Source: Eledone cirrhosa
Lineage: Eukaryota
NCBI GenBank assembly: GCA_964016885.1
Contig: OZ024742.1
Coordinates: 36,146,001 to 36,210,000 of the forward strand
Length of the DNA: 64,000 bases
Direction: 5' to 3'
Below are positions 28,035 to 42,282 of the stretch, piece by piece; the stretch's first letter is position 1; each line of letters begins with the position of its first letter. Below the pieces are notes generated by a model. The model made no database searches, was not told the origin of the DNA, and saw only the letters and a list, made by a program, of their open reading frames with translations. The position numbers were made by a program, and so were the translations under genes.

Positions 28035-29050
28035 AAAGAAACGAATTACTGATAGCAGGTTTAGTCAAAGCAAACGACAACCAAAGTACATGAAACAATT
28101 GCTACAAAGTTTGATCTAAGAACAAAGTTTGATCTAAACAACAACAATAATAACTTCCTACGTGTAATGAGAATCGTTGTGGTACAAGTCAATTTATACA
28201 TGCTGGTCATTATATCAACACAAAGCCCAGAAGATAAATATTTGCAAATTTAAAAATGAACAGTAAAAGCAGAAATCTGATTTACAATATCAAATGCCCG
28301 AATTGCAAAGAAATATACATTGAATAGATGTGAAATTCATTAGCAGAACGTATGCCAATACACTGTCAATGGATTAGTGACCCTTATGTGAGGCAGATCC
28401 CACTAAGTCGTCATTTGAAAACACACTGCAAAAAACATTTTAATATTCCCATTTTATAAACTTCATGACTCAAGTGAAGTTACAGAACGGTAAAAGAAAA
28501 TAATTTTCTTGAAACTTTCAAGTCAATGAATGTACACTGATGTTAATGCGATTTGATTTAGTTTGATTTAGTATAATTTATTTCAATTTAGTTTGAATTG
28601 ATGTAATCTGGTATTCTTACTATATATGGTTTCTCCCTTCGAGCTATCCGAAATTTTAAAGTATTAAAATACTCAATAGATTATCTCCCTTAACTACACT
28701 AACACTGCCAGGTTATCGTCGCCATATTAATATTCACCAAGATAACGTGGTGGAGTTAACATTCGCATGAAGACAAGAAAATAAGAAAAAAAGAATGTGA
28801 ACATCCAGCTGTATCCAAATTTGATTGACTACTGTATATTTGTCAACACTTTTCCGATTTCTGTTTTACCTTCGTCTGTCTTTCTTTTGCTTTTCTCTCA
28901 AACACCCACTTTTCTGACCCTTTCTCTAACTTCCGATAAAGGAGGACTAGCGTCCGAACATTTAAAACTCATTCTCATCTACATCAATCGTTAAACTGAT
29001 ACACCATTATTTGATTGCGTTGTTATTTGTTGATTTAGTTTGTTGAAGAT
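28035..29050 (+). pseudogene. Decayed Penelope-like 3' fragment (GIY-YIG region and 3' UTR)
   Basis: aaaagcagaaatctgatttac...aaatgcccgaattgcaaagaa matches the reverse complement of 46630-46680; remnant ggac-tagc-gtcc hairpin near 28944. Confidence 0.7.
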
Positions 29051-29112
29051 TATACTCACACACACGCACACACACTCACACATACTCACACACACGCACA
29101 TGTATATATATA

Positions 29113-29997
29113 TCTAATATATATTTGTGAAATGGGTGGTGGTTGAAATTCAGATGTGCACGGTTAAATGGTAGTAGACGTAGTCGGACGGACATGAAAA
29201 TTTACACACCTATGTAAAAAGTGCCAATGAAGCAAATAGATGAGGTTTCAAATCTCTAACTTGAAAAATGTGGCCCCTAGGGTCCCCAAACGGTCTATTT
29301 ACTATCGCGTTCGGTGAGTTATTTCCCCCTATTCTAATACTTGGATGAGTTATTTACAATTTCATACAAATTGTTAAACTCATCAATTTTTAAACTCGTT
29401 CTTTCGCTGTTAACATACAGTACCAATAATTTGAAAAATATTGTTGAAAGTTTATTATAAAGAAGCAGTTTCAGGAGAAAAAAAATAGAAATATGTACTT
29501 GGGGCTGGACGGCGTTCAATGAGAAGTGGGGTGACGTGAAAAGCGTTGTTTATTAACAGCGAAATAGCAATGTCGATGATATGCAAGTTTGAAAATGCAG
29601 ATTAATAAACTGTTGCCTTCTACAGTACGTTTCATTTTCACAGTACCGTTTTATGAAATCGATTCTGCAGTACGGTCACTGTTTTCCATCAAAAGAAATA
29701 AAACCCTTAAATTGCGAAGAAGGAGCGCGTGTTTTTATTTTAATCCTAATACATGTTAACCACCACTAACAGTAAGTAGTTTTTTTCAAATTGCATATCA
29801 TCGACATTGCTATTTCGCTGCTAATAAACAACGCTTTTCACGTCGCTCCACTTCTCATTATACGCCGCCCAGCCCCAAGTGCATATTTCTATTGTTTTTC
29901 CCTGAAACTGCTTCTTTATAATAAACTTTCAATAATATTTTTCAAATTATTAACTTAATAAAAAGTGGCCCCGGGTGCAACCGGGCTCAGCTGTTAG
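29113..29997 (+). mobile_element. Non-autonomous Helitron, copy 3
   Basis: A|TC 5' start, 3' hairpin cccgggtgcaaccggg + TTAG|T; internal inversion relative to copies 1 and 2. Confidence 0.8.
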
Positions 29998-30067
29998 TAT
30001 ATATATATATATAATAGAAAAAACGAGGAAGTTTCGTTTACATATGAAAACTCTTTACTATCTACAC

Positions 30068-30123
<56 letters not shown>

Positions 30124-31206
30124 GAGAGTGAGTGAGAGAGAGCGAAGAGGAGAGAGAGAAAAAGCAAAATAAATAAATGATAACAGAAATATAAATAAAA
30201 ACATTTAAATTCATATATATTGCCAAATAGATATACACAAAGATAATGAACACATGATTATATATGTATGTATATAAATAAACAAAACAAACATGTCTGG
30301 GTGGTTAAGAAGTTAGTTTCACAGCCAGAGACTTTCGAGTTCGATCGTGTTGGTTTGGGGTGTGAAGTAAGCGCCTTGTTAGTCAAAAATGTCTTAAGTT
30401 AACCAATGTCTTGTGTGTAATGTGCTTCAGAAGCCATAGTGAGAGAGGGGAGACAGGGAAAGTAGAGATAGATAGACAGATAGCTAGATAGACAGACAGA
30501 CAGATAGACAGACAGACAGATATATATATAGAAAGAGATAGATAAATAGACAGAGAGCTAGATAGATAGACAGACAGACAGAAAGATAGACAGACAGATA
30601 GACAGATGGACGGACGGATGGGCGGGTGGATGGATGACTCCACCGGCCATATTTTCCATCTCCAGCTTTACGAGACTTTAGCAAATACTGAAGTCAATAC
30701 GATCAACTGAACCCTTGAATACGGTGCCCAGGCATGGCCCCAGTCTAATAAATAAAAACGGTAAAAAAGATAAAAGGATTTGAGCTAAATAAATTATTAG
30801 ATATATAAATTTATAGCTAAACAAATAAATATTTTCATACATTCATACATACATACATACATACATACATACATACATACATACATACATACATAACTAA
30901 ATAAATACTAAATAATAGATGAATATATTAAATAGATAGGACCTTATGACATTTGAAGTGCTGTATGAGATGAGAAGCATCGCATTTTCGTTCGATGTAA
31001 TGATTATATGAATATACGTTCAGCAGATGTCTTTGATCACGAGATGAGATTAAAACCACGTGATGCTACAATGTTTCGTTCAATTCCTTTTTTTTTTTTT
31101 TTTTGGCGGCCATTTTAGGTCTTTTTTTTTCTATGTTTTGCAACGTATGGAAAATCTTTTGATCAAGAAAGAATTTATATATAGTGTGTGTGTGTATGTG
31201 TATGGG

Positions 31207-31255
<49 letters not shown>

Positions 31256-31377
31256 GTGTGTGTGTGTGTGTGATTTCTAATGTTATTTCTGTATTTATTA
31301 TTTTCTTCAATTTCATCACCTATTTTGTCACCAGAGGTCATGTAATCGCTTTGTTTGAACCTATAGCAGTAACTTTA

Positions 31378-31416
<39 letters not shown>

Positions 31417-31501
31417 GTTCACAATTACTCACTCGATATATATATATATTTATGAATGTGTGAGTGTGCGTGCGTGTTTATATATATATATATGTGTGTG
31501 C

Positions 31502-31533
<32 letters not shown>

Positions 31534-32091
31534 TTGTGTGTGTGTGTGTATGTGTGTATGTGTGTGTGTATGTGTTTATGTGTGTGTGTGCGTATGTATG
31601 TTTGTGTGAATATATGAAAAAAAATATATATGCATGTATGTATGCATATTTGAATTTATGTATGTATGCATTCATGCATGTATGTATGCATGTATGTATG
31701 CATGTTTGAATGAATGAAGACATGTATGAATGTATATATGTATGCATTATATATTTATGCATATATGTATGAATGGATGTATGTATGTATATATGTATGT
31801 ATTATGTACTTATACATGTATATATGTATGCATGTATGTATGTATGTTTGTATTTATGTATGTATTTATGTATGCATGTATGTATTTATGTATGTATGCA
31901 TTATGTATTTATGTATGTATGCATGTATCTATGTATGTATGCATGTATGTATGCATGTATGTATGTTTATATTTATGCATGTATGTATGCATTATTATAT
32001 ATGTATCTATGTATGTATGTATGTATGTTTAATTGTATGTATGTATTATGTATTTATGTATGTATGCATTATGTATGTATGTATGTATGTT

Positions 32092-32140
<49 letters not shown>

Positions 32141-32459
32141 TTTCTTTCGCACTCTTGGTCAGGCTGGTTCGCTTTTTTCTCTCTCTCGTCTACGATTTCA
32201 CAGAACTTATGTTCACCGAATTCACAGACTAGATTCCTCCCGTTAGACCTGTACGGAATTCCTTCCTTGCTCACATTCCAACCAGGTTTGATGGTCTTTA
32301 TTCTCTCTCGTTCACGATTTCACCGAACTTATATTCATGGAAATTTGGGACTTGACTCGTTCTTCCTCACTTTTCGTTGCTTCACCATCTTTGTTTGTTT
32401 ACACTCTCGTGTCCCCTTTATTTACGTGTCCCAACGACTTTTTTTAACCGTTGCTCGCA

Positions 32460-32530
32460 CCAACCGGAGGTATATGATCTTTAAAGCGATGAAATACCAA
32501 TGATGGTTGGAAGATCACTGATGAAGGACT
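32460..32530 (+). ncRNA. Candidate non-circularly permuted hammerhead (family Q)
   Basis: ccaacc gga gguaU-A ugaucuu uaaagcgau GAA-Auacc aaugau gguugg aagauca CUGAUGA aggacu. Confidence 0.6.
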
Positions 32531-33098
32531 AACTTTATTCATATGTAACCCATTAGTAACCACGCAGCACGTTTATTCTCATATTTACACATATATTTTT
32601 CCCCGCTGTGACCCGTCTATCTCGTTCTTACTGCTCCTTCTTTCTCTGTATCTTCACCCTCTCTAACAGTCACACTCTCTCTCTGTTAGCCTCTTCCTCA
32701 TCCTTCACTCACTCACTCTCTGTTACTACCTCTCCTCCTTCTCCTTCTTCCCGTTTGACCTGTGCGTAATTCTTTTCTTTCGCACTCTTGGTCAGGCTGG
32801 TTCACTTTTTTTCTCTCTCGTCTACGATTTCACAGAACTTATGTTCACCGAATTCACAGACTAGATTCCTTCTTCCTCCCGTTAGACCTGTACGGAATTC
32901 CTTCCTTGCTCACATTCCAACCAGGTTTGATGGTCTTTATTCTCTCTCGTTCACGATTTCACCGAACTTATATTCATGGAAATTTGGGACTTGACTCGTT
33001 CTTCCTCACTTTTCGTTGATTCACCATTTTTGTTTGTTTACACTCTCGTGTCCCCTTTATTTACGTGTCCCAACGACTTTTTTTAGCCGTTGCTCGCA

Positions 33099-33169
33099 CC
33101 AACCGGAGGTATATGGTCTTTAAAGCGATGAAATACCAATGATGGTTGGAAGATCACTGATGAAGGACT
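33099..33169 (+). ncRNA. Candidate permuted hammerhead (family Q), second tandem copy
   Basis: As 32460-32530; stem I strand uggucuu keeps pairing through G-U. Confidence 0.6.
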
Positions 33170-33287
33170 AACTTTATTCATATGTAACCCATTAGCAACC
33201 ACGCACCACGTTTATTCTCATATTTACATATATTTTTTTCCCCGCTGTGACCCACCTATTTCGTTCTTACTGCTTCCTCTTTCTCTG

Positions 33288-33380
<93 letters not shown>

Positions 33381-33600
33381 AAATATATATATATATATAT
33401 ATGTATTATGTGTGTATTAGGTATTTATGTATGTATGTATATATGTATGTATGTATGTAGGTAGGTATGTATATATGTATGTCTTTCTTCACTTTAAAAA
33501 ATATCTTCATGCACAGGCATTGCACGAAACGTATCTATCTATCTATGTATGCATGTATGTTTAATTGTATATATGTATTATGTATTTATGTATGTATGTT

Positions 33601-33728
<128 letters not shown>

Positions 33729-33744
33729 TATATGTATTATCTGT

Positions 33745-34594
33745 GTATTGGGTTGCTCGGGATTCTAAACATAGACTGGCAAATGTATCCCTCCTTTCTG
33801 AAATAGTACAGAGAAGTACGGAATACCTCGGCTGGGGATGGTGTCTACATTTTGTGCTTATAAAAAAAATTCGTCATAGATTACCAGGGGTTTAACTTAA
33901 TTGGGTGCCTGAGAGTAAAATGTTCAACCCACGAAATCCAAGACGATAGGGTTAAGTAAAAAGGCATTCGACAAACCGAACATGTATTTGTTGTGCTATT
34001 GTACAATGAAAGCAATAGTTCCAGAGCAGTAAGCATGTTGGACTGCAGTGGTGGAGAGCATGAATTAATTTAGCTGGATACTTTTAAGGTTACATGCCCT
34101 AACGCAAACAAAATGCTAAACAATGTGGTCCCCGGGAAAAAATTTGAAATCTTTTTCAGTCAAGAAAAATTTGTGAAACATAAGTAATGCATATGCAAAG
34201 TTTAAAACAAAATTGGTTGGGTACTTCTCGAGTTAGAGGCCCTAAAGCAACCAAAATGCTTTTAAAAATCGGTTTTTCGCCTAATGCAGTCCCTGGGGAA
34301 AAAAAATGAGAAAATCCTTTTCGCTCAAAACACTTTAAACAACATAAGTAATGCAAATTATGAAGAAATCGCCTGGATTATTGTTCAGTTATGCCTGAAA
34401 ACCGCCTTTAAAGCCTAAAATATGCGGTTTTTCGCCTAATGCAGTCTCTAGGGCATTGAAAATTTGAAATATTCTTTGCTCCAACCACTCACACGACCAT
34501 AAGTATTACATGTGTAAAGTTTGAAAAAAGTTGGTTGGGTGGTTCTTGAGTTTTAGGGGGACAGACAGACATTATCTGTTTTAGATATATAGAT
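33745..34594 (-). mobile_element. Second non-autonomous Helitron-like family
   Basis: Minus 5' end tctatatatctaaaacagataatgtctgtctgtc; relatives at 56120-56248 (hairpin cccgagcaacggcggg + CTAG) and 56510-56695. Confidence 0.65.
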
Positions 34595-34929
34595 TATTAA
34601 TAATGGCATATCGTGCAATGGCCATACTCTATAACGAGGAGGCAGCTATCATCATCATGTATGTATGTATATATGTATGTATATATGTATGTATGTATGT
34701 ATGTATATATGTATATATGTATGTATGCATGTATGTATGTATGCATTATGCATTTATGTATGTATCTATCTATGTATGTATGTTTAATTGTATGCATTAT
34801 GTATGTATGTATGTTTATATATCTATACATATGTATCATGTGTGTATTATGTATGTATGTATATATGTATATATGTATGTATATGGCCCTCCACGCTCCA
34901 CGATGTATGTATATATGTACGTATATATG

Positions 34930-34961
<32 letters not shown>

Positions 34962-35379
34962 TGTATGTATGTATGTATGTATGTATGTATGTATCTATGT
35001 TTGTTTGTATGTATGTATGTATGTATGTATGTATGTTTGTATGTCTATATGTATGTATTATGTATGAATTATTTACTAATGTATTGAATTAGAGGAAAAT
35101 TATTTGTCAGACTGATAATGTCATGCAAATATCACACTTTGTTCTCACATTGAATTAATTAACCTACCACTCCCACAACCACCAAAGACAGACTCGTGTA
35201 CCCCCCCCCCTTTTTTCTCCTCTCTCTCACTCTGCATCTCTCCCCCTCTCTCTCTATGTATAATATTTTACAGTTCTGTCTTCCAGATAAGAAAACATCT
35301 GTCCGTGTATCTGTTTGTATTGTTATTTTCTTTGGTCTTGTTTTTAAACAACCTTTTATATCAACATTATTATATATAT

Positions 35380-35478
<99 letters not shown>

Positions 35479-35485
35479 TGTGTGT

Positions 35486-35536
<51 letters not shown>

Positions 35537-35550
35537 AATATGTGTATATA

Positions 35551-35606
<56 letters not shown>

Positions 35607-35610
35607 ATAT

Positions 35611-35663
<53 letters not shown>

Positions 35664-35718
35664 AATATATATAGTATATATAGTATATACATACATATAT
35701 ATATAGTATATATATATA

Positions 35719-35762
<44 letters not shown>

Positions 35763-35822
35763 TACAGTATATATATATATATTTATACATGTATGCGTGC
35801 GTATGTGTGCCTGTGCGCGTGT

Positions 35823-35889
<67 letters not shown>

Positions 35890-36809
35890 CAAAACAGAGC
35901 AGACATATTTGTTTTGTTGTTTGGTTGGCTGTTCACATATATATCCTGTATACATACATGAAATATCGAATATCTTATCTGTGAAATTACAATTAAACTC
36001 TAAGACTAGTCTTAGTACAATGGAAGACCAGCGCTTTCATTCTGTCTTCTTCCTGTATTGTTAATATTCGCTGTACAATCCCTCATTAACTATAGCATCG
36101 AATTCTGTCGCTACACGCAATATCAAGGGATATTGATGATAATTGTCCCTCCGTCGGTTTCGACGATGAGTGTTCCCGTTGTTCGATCGAAACAACCTGC
36201 CTGTATGTGTGTGTGTGTGACAGCTCACACCTATGCAGGTTTAGCTGACCTCCTCCAAGGTATATCTCGTTTGAGGTGTCTTGGGTAATTTTAATGATAG
36301 GGATCCCAGTCCTATCATCTCATTTCTACAGCCGAGTAAACTGGAGCAACGTGAAATAAAGTATCTTGCTCAAGGAAACAACACATCACCCGGTCCGAGA
36401 ATTGTACTCACAACCTTTCGATTGCAAGCCCAATGCTCTAACCACTAAGACATGCGCCTACACTGCTTGTATGTGATTGAGCATTTCAAAAACACGTGTA
36501 GCATTTACATAATCATCTGAAGAAGATTCGGCCGGATAAGACTGGTTCTATAATGTATACCTAGATTCCATCCTGTATTATAATGTACAATGAGGTACAA
36601 TCCATGCGACGGACTTCTACACAGTTTCCGTCTACCACATTTCATTCACAATGCTTAGTTTGACCCGAGACTATGGTAAATAATGCCCAAGTTACTACGC
36701 AGTAGCACTGACCGAGACCTCATGATTGGTAAACAAACTTCTTAACTACAATGCCATCCTTTGTTTAGTACAATACAACACCACTGTATTTTTATTATTT
36801 ACAGAACAA

Positions 36810-36978
36810 GGGTCGCACGCCATGCTTTGCAGCATAGAGTTATGTCCCTTTGCGGTCTGAGTTCAAATTCTGCCGAGGTTAACTTTGCCTTTCATCCTTA
36901 CGGGGTCGATAAAATAAAGTATAATACCAGTAATGCACTGAGATAATTTCTGGCCTTGTGCCCAAAAGTAGAAACAAT
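36810..36978 (+). mobile_element. 5'-truncated tRNA-SINE
   Basis: SINE consensus; flanking direct repeat ttatttacagaacaa. Confidence 0.8.
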
Positions 36979-37510
36979 TATTTACAGAACAATCCATTAT
37001 TAACCTATCGGATTCTGTTGTAACGTACAATATCTAAAGAGAGACCCATTCAAATCACAAACAATTTTTATAACTGACAAAAATAAAACAAAACGAAGTC
37101 TTTCTTATAATAAACTCCATGAGCAAAAACAAACTTTAGAAAGACAAATTTTCTATCTTAAAACATTAAAAAAATCATCAGTAACAAATTAAATTATACA
37201 TAATAAAATATACAAATAATATACTTGTTTCTTATCTTCCAATTATAGCTTGCAGTGCATCTTTTAACCTGCAGGAAATATAACCTCAGTCTCTACGAAG
37301 GCTAAATCGGAAGTCAATAAGTTTTATCAAGAAATATACGACAGAAAAGACGCTAACGTCGACACAAAAATTGTAACGGGCCATTGAAGAAGTCTCTACG
37401 TCGTTGCTACTTGACTTGCAAACGAAAGAGCAGCCAATTATCACTCAAATCACATACTTCTATCTTTAGAAAATAGAATAATAACCATGAGAGATAATGT
37501 TGTAGTTGTT

Positions 37511-37553
<43 letters not shown>

Positions 37554-38513
37554 TTCCTGTAACTTTCTTATACTTTAGTAGTAATGAATAGATAACAATA
37601 TAATGAGACCTTTAATGTATTATAGGAAAATAGATTCTATTCAAAATTAAATATAAACAAATAGTATTATATAAAAGGGATTCACTTATAATATAATGTA
37701 TATCAACACAAAGATGTTAACAGATTGGAGCTGTAAACAACTTTACATTTTTCTAATTTTTCTTTTCTATCATATTCAATGTAATCACTAGTTACCTCCT
37801 CTTACTTATTAGCTCCCCTTAATATAGATCAAACTCACTTCCGGAAATTAAACCGTTAGTAAAATCACTCCACAGCAACTTGAAACCCTGATAGCAATAT
37901 AATAGGACCGGTGTACAATCCATGGCTGTGACTGATTAAAAACATTCACTAAAATAAAACATAACCAATGTAATGGAAAATATAGCAATAAGATTGATAC
38001 TCTCAGCACATATACATTTGAACATTACAGAAACAACAGTCACACTATATCCACCATCAACACATAGTTTTAATACAAAAACAGCTTTGCCTGATATGCT
38101 TACTTCATGTGATACCTTTGCCTTGCAAAAAATTATATATGCCTAATACCATTGCTTGTTTCCTTCCTGTATATGACTAATGCATTTGCACTCTCTTTAC
38201 GCTTGCATATGTACTGCTAATATCCTCGTTTTACGAGTATCTTTCTACCTTAATGCCTCTTTAATTGTTATACTATTTCCTTATAATCTCTGTCGCTTGC
38301 ATTCCACTCTGTACCTTTTTAATTTTTAATTTTTAATTTTTAATTTTTAATTTTTAATTTTTAATTTTAAATTTTAATTATTGTACAATTCTCTTGTAAT
38401 CTATGTCGCATCCATTCCACCGTGTAAATGCGAAACTGTTGTTGACATTAATATCCATGTATCTATATGATTGTTCAGTTGAATAGGAAGTTAATTATAT
38501 GTACAAACATTGC

Positions 38514-38566
38514 TACTGCTCCGATGAATCCAAACGATAGTTTGGAAGAAACGATTGTCAGCAATA
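38514..38566 (+). ncRNA. Type I hammerhead (U4C, probably decayed)
   Basis: ugcu CCGAUGA a[uccaaac-gaua-guuugga]a GAA-AcgauugU-C agca. Confidence 0.6.
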
Positions 38567-38625
38567 AAATGATTTGAACATAGCTTTGATTATTGTGTAA
38601 TTTATATATATATATATATATATAT

Positions 38626-39085
38626 ATTGTTACACTTTGGGAGGGTCATGTTGCCAATAAGAAACACACGCACCAGTTGCTTTCACTTCAATTTATTATA
38701 TATTTATAAATTTATAAATTTACAAATCTACAAATTTATAAATTTCTGGTTGGTTGGTTGGTTCCACAACCAGATAGTTGTTTATATATAGTCATAGCCC
38801 TTTCGTCACACACTCTGTGACCTCTTCAGTGACTGGGGATTCCTTTCTTTGTTTCTGTGCCTTTCCTTTCTTCTGTCCTACGCCATTTTGTTTCTGTGTG
38901 TGTGTTGTGTGCTCAGTTTGCACATGCGCCACATCCGGGTGTCTGTGTGTGTTTGTGCAATAAATTGAAGTGAAAGCAACTGGTGCGTGTGTTTCTTATT
39001 GGCAACATGACCCTCCCAAAGTGTAACAATATCGGTTTCAACACACGATTTCAGATAAAGAATCTTGCTAAACAAATTCAGAAAC
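38626..39085. mobile_element. Element with ~72 bp inverted repeats enclosing a hammerhead, in (TA)n
   Basis: 38626-38698 is the reverse complement of 38959-39030; related ends at ~8720-8790 and ~43735-43835. Confidence 0.75.
38790..38834 (-). ncRNA. Minimal type I hammerhead
   Basis: aguca CUGAAGA g[gucac-agagugu-gugac] GAA-AgggcU-A ugacu. Confidence 0.75.
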
Positions 39086-39086
39086 G

Positions 39087-39155
<69 letters not shown>

Positions 39156-39455
39156 AAAGTGTATATCCATAGAATCATTTGATGGGATATATACACCATC
39201 TCCTCTCTCAATCAGCATAATCCACCACACACAAAAACAATTAAACCAGGCTATAAGATTAAAAGCATCTATGAAGAAATAATAGATAAATAAACGACAG
39301 CCATCTATTCGCGATCAACAGCTAAAGAATATTTACCCAGCATTTCAATAGCACGTGGAAATCGATTAAATATATCGTCAACCATACACAATTAGGTATA
39401 AAATTAAAGTTAGAAGAAAAAATATATATACAACAACATTTAATATAGAAATGGC

Positions 39456-39500
39456 TTCTACGGGACTAGAACTGTTTCATTCGAAGAAAATCATCAGGAA
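39456..39500 (-). ncRNA. Type I hammerhead (H1)
   Basis: uuc CUGAUGA uuuucuucgaau GAA-Acag uucuaguc ccgU-A gaa; followed by a short inverted copy. Confidence 0.6.
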
Positions 39501-39879
39501 AGAATGAAACAGTTCTAGTCCTATAAATTTTGTTGTATACACTCTACTAATGTATTGAGTACCTTACTTACTGTGGTTTCCCCCGATTAAACCCGGGACT
39601 CACACATACATATATATATATACGATATTAACAAATGGAAACTATATTTATAAAACCATATTTATTTTATTATACATATTACAAGGACACCACGTTAAGT
39701 TATGGTGTGCTTTCATCAGACAAACTACAATATAAATCAGTTTTATAAATAAATATTGACATACCCTTAAAAAATGCAACCATTAGTGTTGGAAGCTCCC
39801 GGATAGTGGAGCTCCCAACAGTAATGGTTGCATTTTTTAAGGGTATGTCAATATTTATTTATAAAACTGATCTATATTG

Positions 39880-39944
39880 TATGTTGTCTGATGAAAGCAC
39901 ACCATAACTTCACGTGGTGTCCTTGAAATATGTATAATAAAATA
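39880..39944 (+). ncRNA. Type I hammerhead (H2) in the right arm of palindrome 39625-39985
   Basis: uauguugu CUGAUGA aag-c-acaccau..guggugu-c-cuu GAA-AuauguaU-A auaaaaua; left-arm copy 39663-39724 has GAAA mutated. Confidence 0.75.
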
Positions 39945-40071
39945 AATATGGTTTTATAAATATAGTTTCCATTTGTTAATAGCGTATGTTTACTCCAAAT
40001 ACTTATTGAGTGCTTTATATCAGTTATAAAAATATTTGCTTGTTGTATCCCAATAATTTAAATAGAACTTT

Positions 40072-40120
<49 letters not shown>

Positions 40121-40629
40121 GCCCAACAACGTCCTTGCTATGTCAATAGAGTACACATTCAGTCATTCACTAAGCTACTCCTACTTGTTTGTTTTGCCTC
40201 TGTTATAGTGCAAAACCTTCACTGATAAACTTATCTTATCTTACCTAAGTTACGTATGATAAAAACAACCAGTTTATTTTATCGAATAATCTCTCTCTTC
40301 CACGTGGTTTAGTGTTTGTTTGGTAAATGTCACACATTCTACCGTATTTTTCCGTGTATTGCGCGCATTCGTATATAAAGCGCACTCCTTTTTAACCAGA
40401 AAAATGTTCGGAGAAGTCTAGTTTTGTTGTATAACATTTAATTGGGGTATATTCTTCGTACCCTCAAAACAGACAAGAAAAAAAGGGAAAGAAATTCCGC
40501 GGTATACACGGAAGATAGCTCTAGTTCTTGATGTTGTTTTTGTTGTTGTTCTAGATGATAATGATGATAATAACGATGACGACGACAACGGTGAAGATGG
40601 TGATGACAGCGACAACGATATATATATGT

Positions 40630-41230
40630 AGAATAGAATGAAACGAAATTTCATTTCTCACTCTTAGTACGGCACTTACTCGGTAAACTGATACGTGCAT
40701 ATATATATGTGTGCCTGTATGTATATATATACATGCTACTGTACGTCTGTATACATATATGTATGTACGTATACATACATACCTACATTTAAGTAAGTGC
40801 CGTACTAAGAGTGAGAAATGAAATTTCGTTTCATTCTATTCCATTTATCGTTTTCGGTGCGCCTGGCCGACTGAACTCACTCGATATGCAAATTAGGCTG
40901 CTCAGCGGTTAATTTTCATATGGAAAGTATATACTTTCGGACGTTCAACCATCTGGCAGAAAGGTATAAGGTGCTGACGATAGCTAATAAGCTTGAAACT
41001 AGTACATCGTTCCTGTGTCAGTGTTGAACAAAAAGGTGACGTGGTTGCCTAAACACTGTACGGCGTAATTCAGGCTGTTTGTTTGTTTACAAACGAACAA
41101 ACCGAGCATTATAATAAATGTTCGGTAAACTGATACGTGCATATATATATATGTGTGCCTGTATGTATATATATACATGCTACTGTACGTCTGTATACAT
41201 ATATGTATGTACGTATACATACATACCTAC

Positions 41231-41235
<5 letters not shown>
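40630..41235 (+). mobile_element. ~442-nt hammerhead unit with terminal redundancy and 5' inversion
   Basis: 40680-40790 repeats at 41122-41235; 40630-40679 is the inverse of 40793-40842. Confidence 0.75.
40970..41008 (+). ncRNA. Minimal type I hammerhead
   Basis: ggug CUGACGA u[agcu-aaua-agcu]u GAA-AcuagU-A cauc; palindromic stem III. Confidence 0.8.
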
Positions 41236-41312
<77 letters not shown>

Positions 41313-41461
41313 GTAAGAAACACAGTAAACCGTGTGTCTAAAATTACAAGGGTTGAAAAACCATATATGCTTGAAATATTTAACCACGAAACAGACAGAA
41401 TGACAGAATGAAAATAAAAATATATTATCAAAATAGTACAAACCGCCTCAATAACCATTAT

Positions 41462-41543
41462 ATCTCTCGGACAGATTATCCCTAATCTGTTTCGCCCTGA
41501 GTGTGTTTGTAACAGATAATCCTGGGCTTCATCAGCGAGAGAT
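41462..41543 (-). ncRNA. Full type I hammerhead in a 472-nt unit (41311-41800) with terminal direct repeat
   Basis: aucucucg CUGAUGA a[gccc...gggc] GAA-Acagauua-ggga-uaaucugU-C cgagagau; repeat tagtaagaaacacagta at 41311 and 41783. Confidence 0.85.
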
Positions 41544-42154
41544 TGCGGTTAAATGCCACAAACACTATTTGCCAACGTTTACACAGAAAGATGAATTCAT
41601 CACCTCGTGCTTCGCCAGTCAAACGTGGTAAGCGCGTATTGAACAGAAATAACAGTCCAACACGCACAACTTAATAGCTCAACTTGTAAGGGAGCAGAAA
41701 TATATATATGAGAATTAGAACCCTGTAACCATTAAGCTCTAAGTATAAAGTACAAATAAATACTGAGCCGATTAACAATATATAGTAAGAAACACAGTAT
41801 ATATATATATACTGTATATCTCTCTATGCATTGAGTACTCCTATGATCAGTGGTCTCCTCGGTCGCAGCACTGCAGTCTCTCTCTCTCTCTCACTCTCTC
41901 TCTCTCTCTCTCTCCCTCTCTCCCTCTCTCCCTCTCTCTTTATATACATATATATATTTATTTTGTTTGACCTGTTTAGCTTGATTTGTTTTTTGGCTTA
42001 TGTGGTTAATGACTTCTTAACCACTTTTTCAGTTTGTATGGCGTTTTGGCATATTGTTTAGCTCTAGTTTTTTAACTATTGAGCGCTTGCCAGCATTTCT
42101 ACGATTTTGCGTTTCGTTTCGCTTTTTCTTCTAGCCGAAATACGATTCTCGCTG

Positions 42155-42282
<128 letters not shown>

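Larger units (their letters stand above)
32138..33290 (+). mobile_element. Partial tandem (~1.8 x 639 bp) of family Q unit between (TA)n tracts
   Basis: Direct repeat with 639-bp spacing between motifs; CT-rich body; no ORF. Confidence 0.85.

Noticed and set aside
32460-32510. AUGA...GA hairpin resembling a SECIS element
   Set aside because: Helix II is far too short, the AUGA is not conserved between copies, and the hammerhead reading explains the pairings better.
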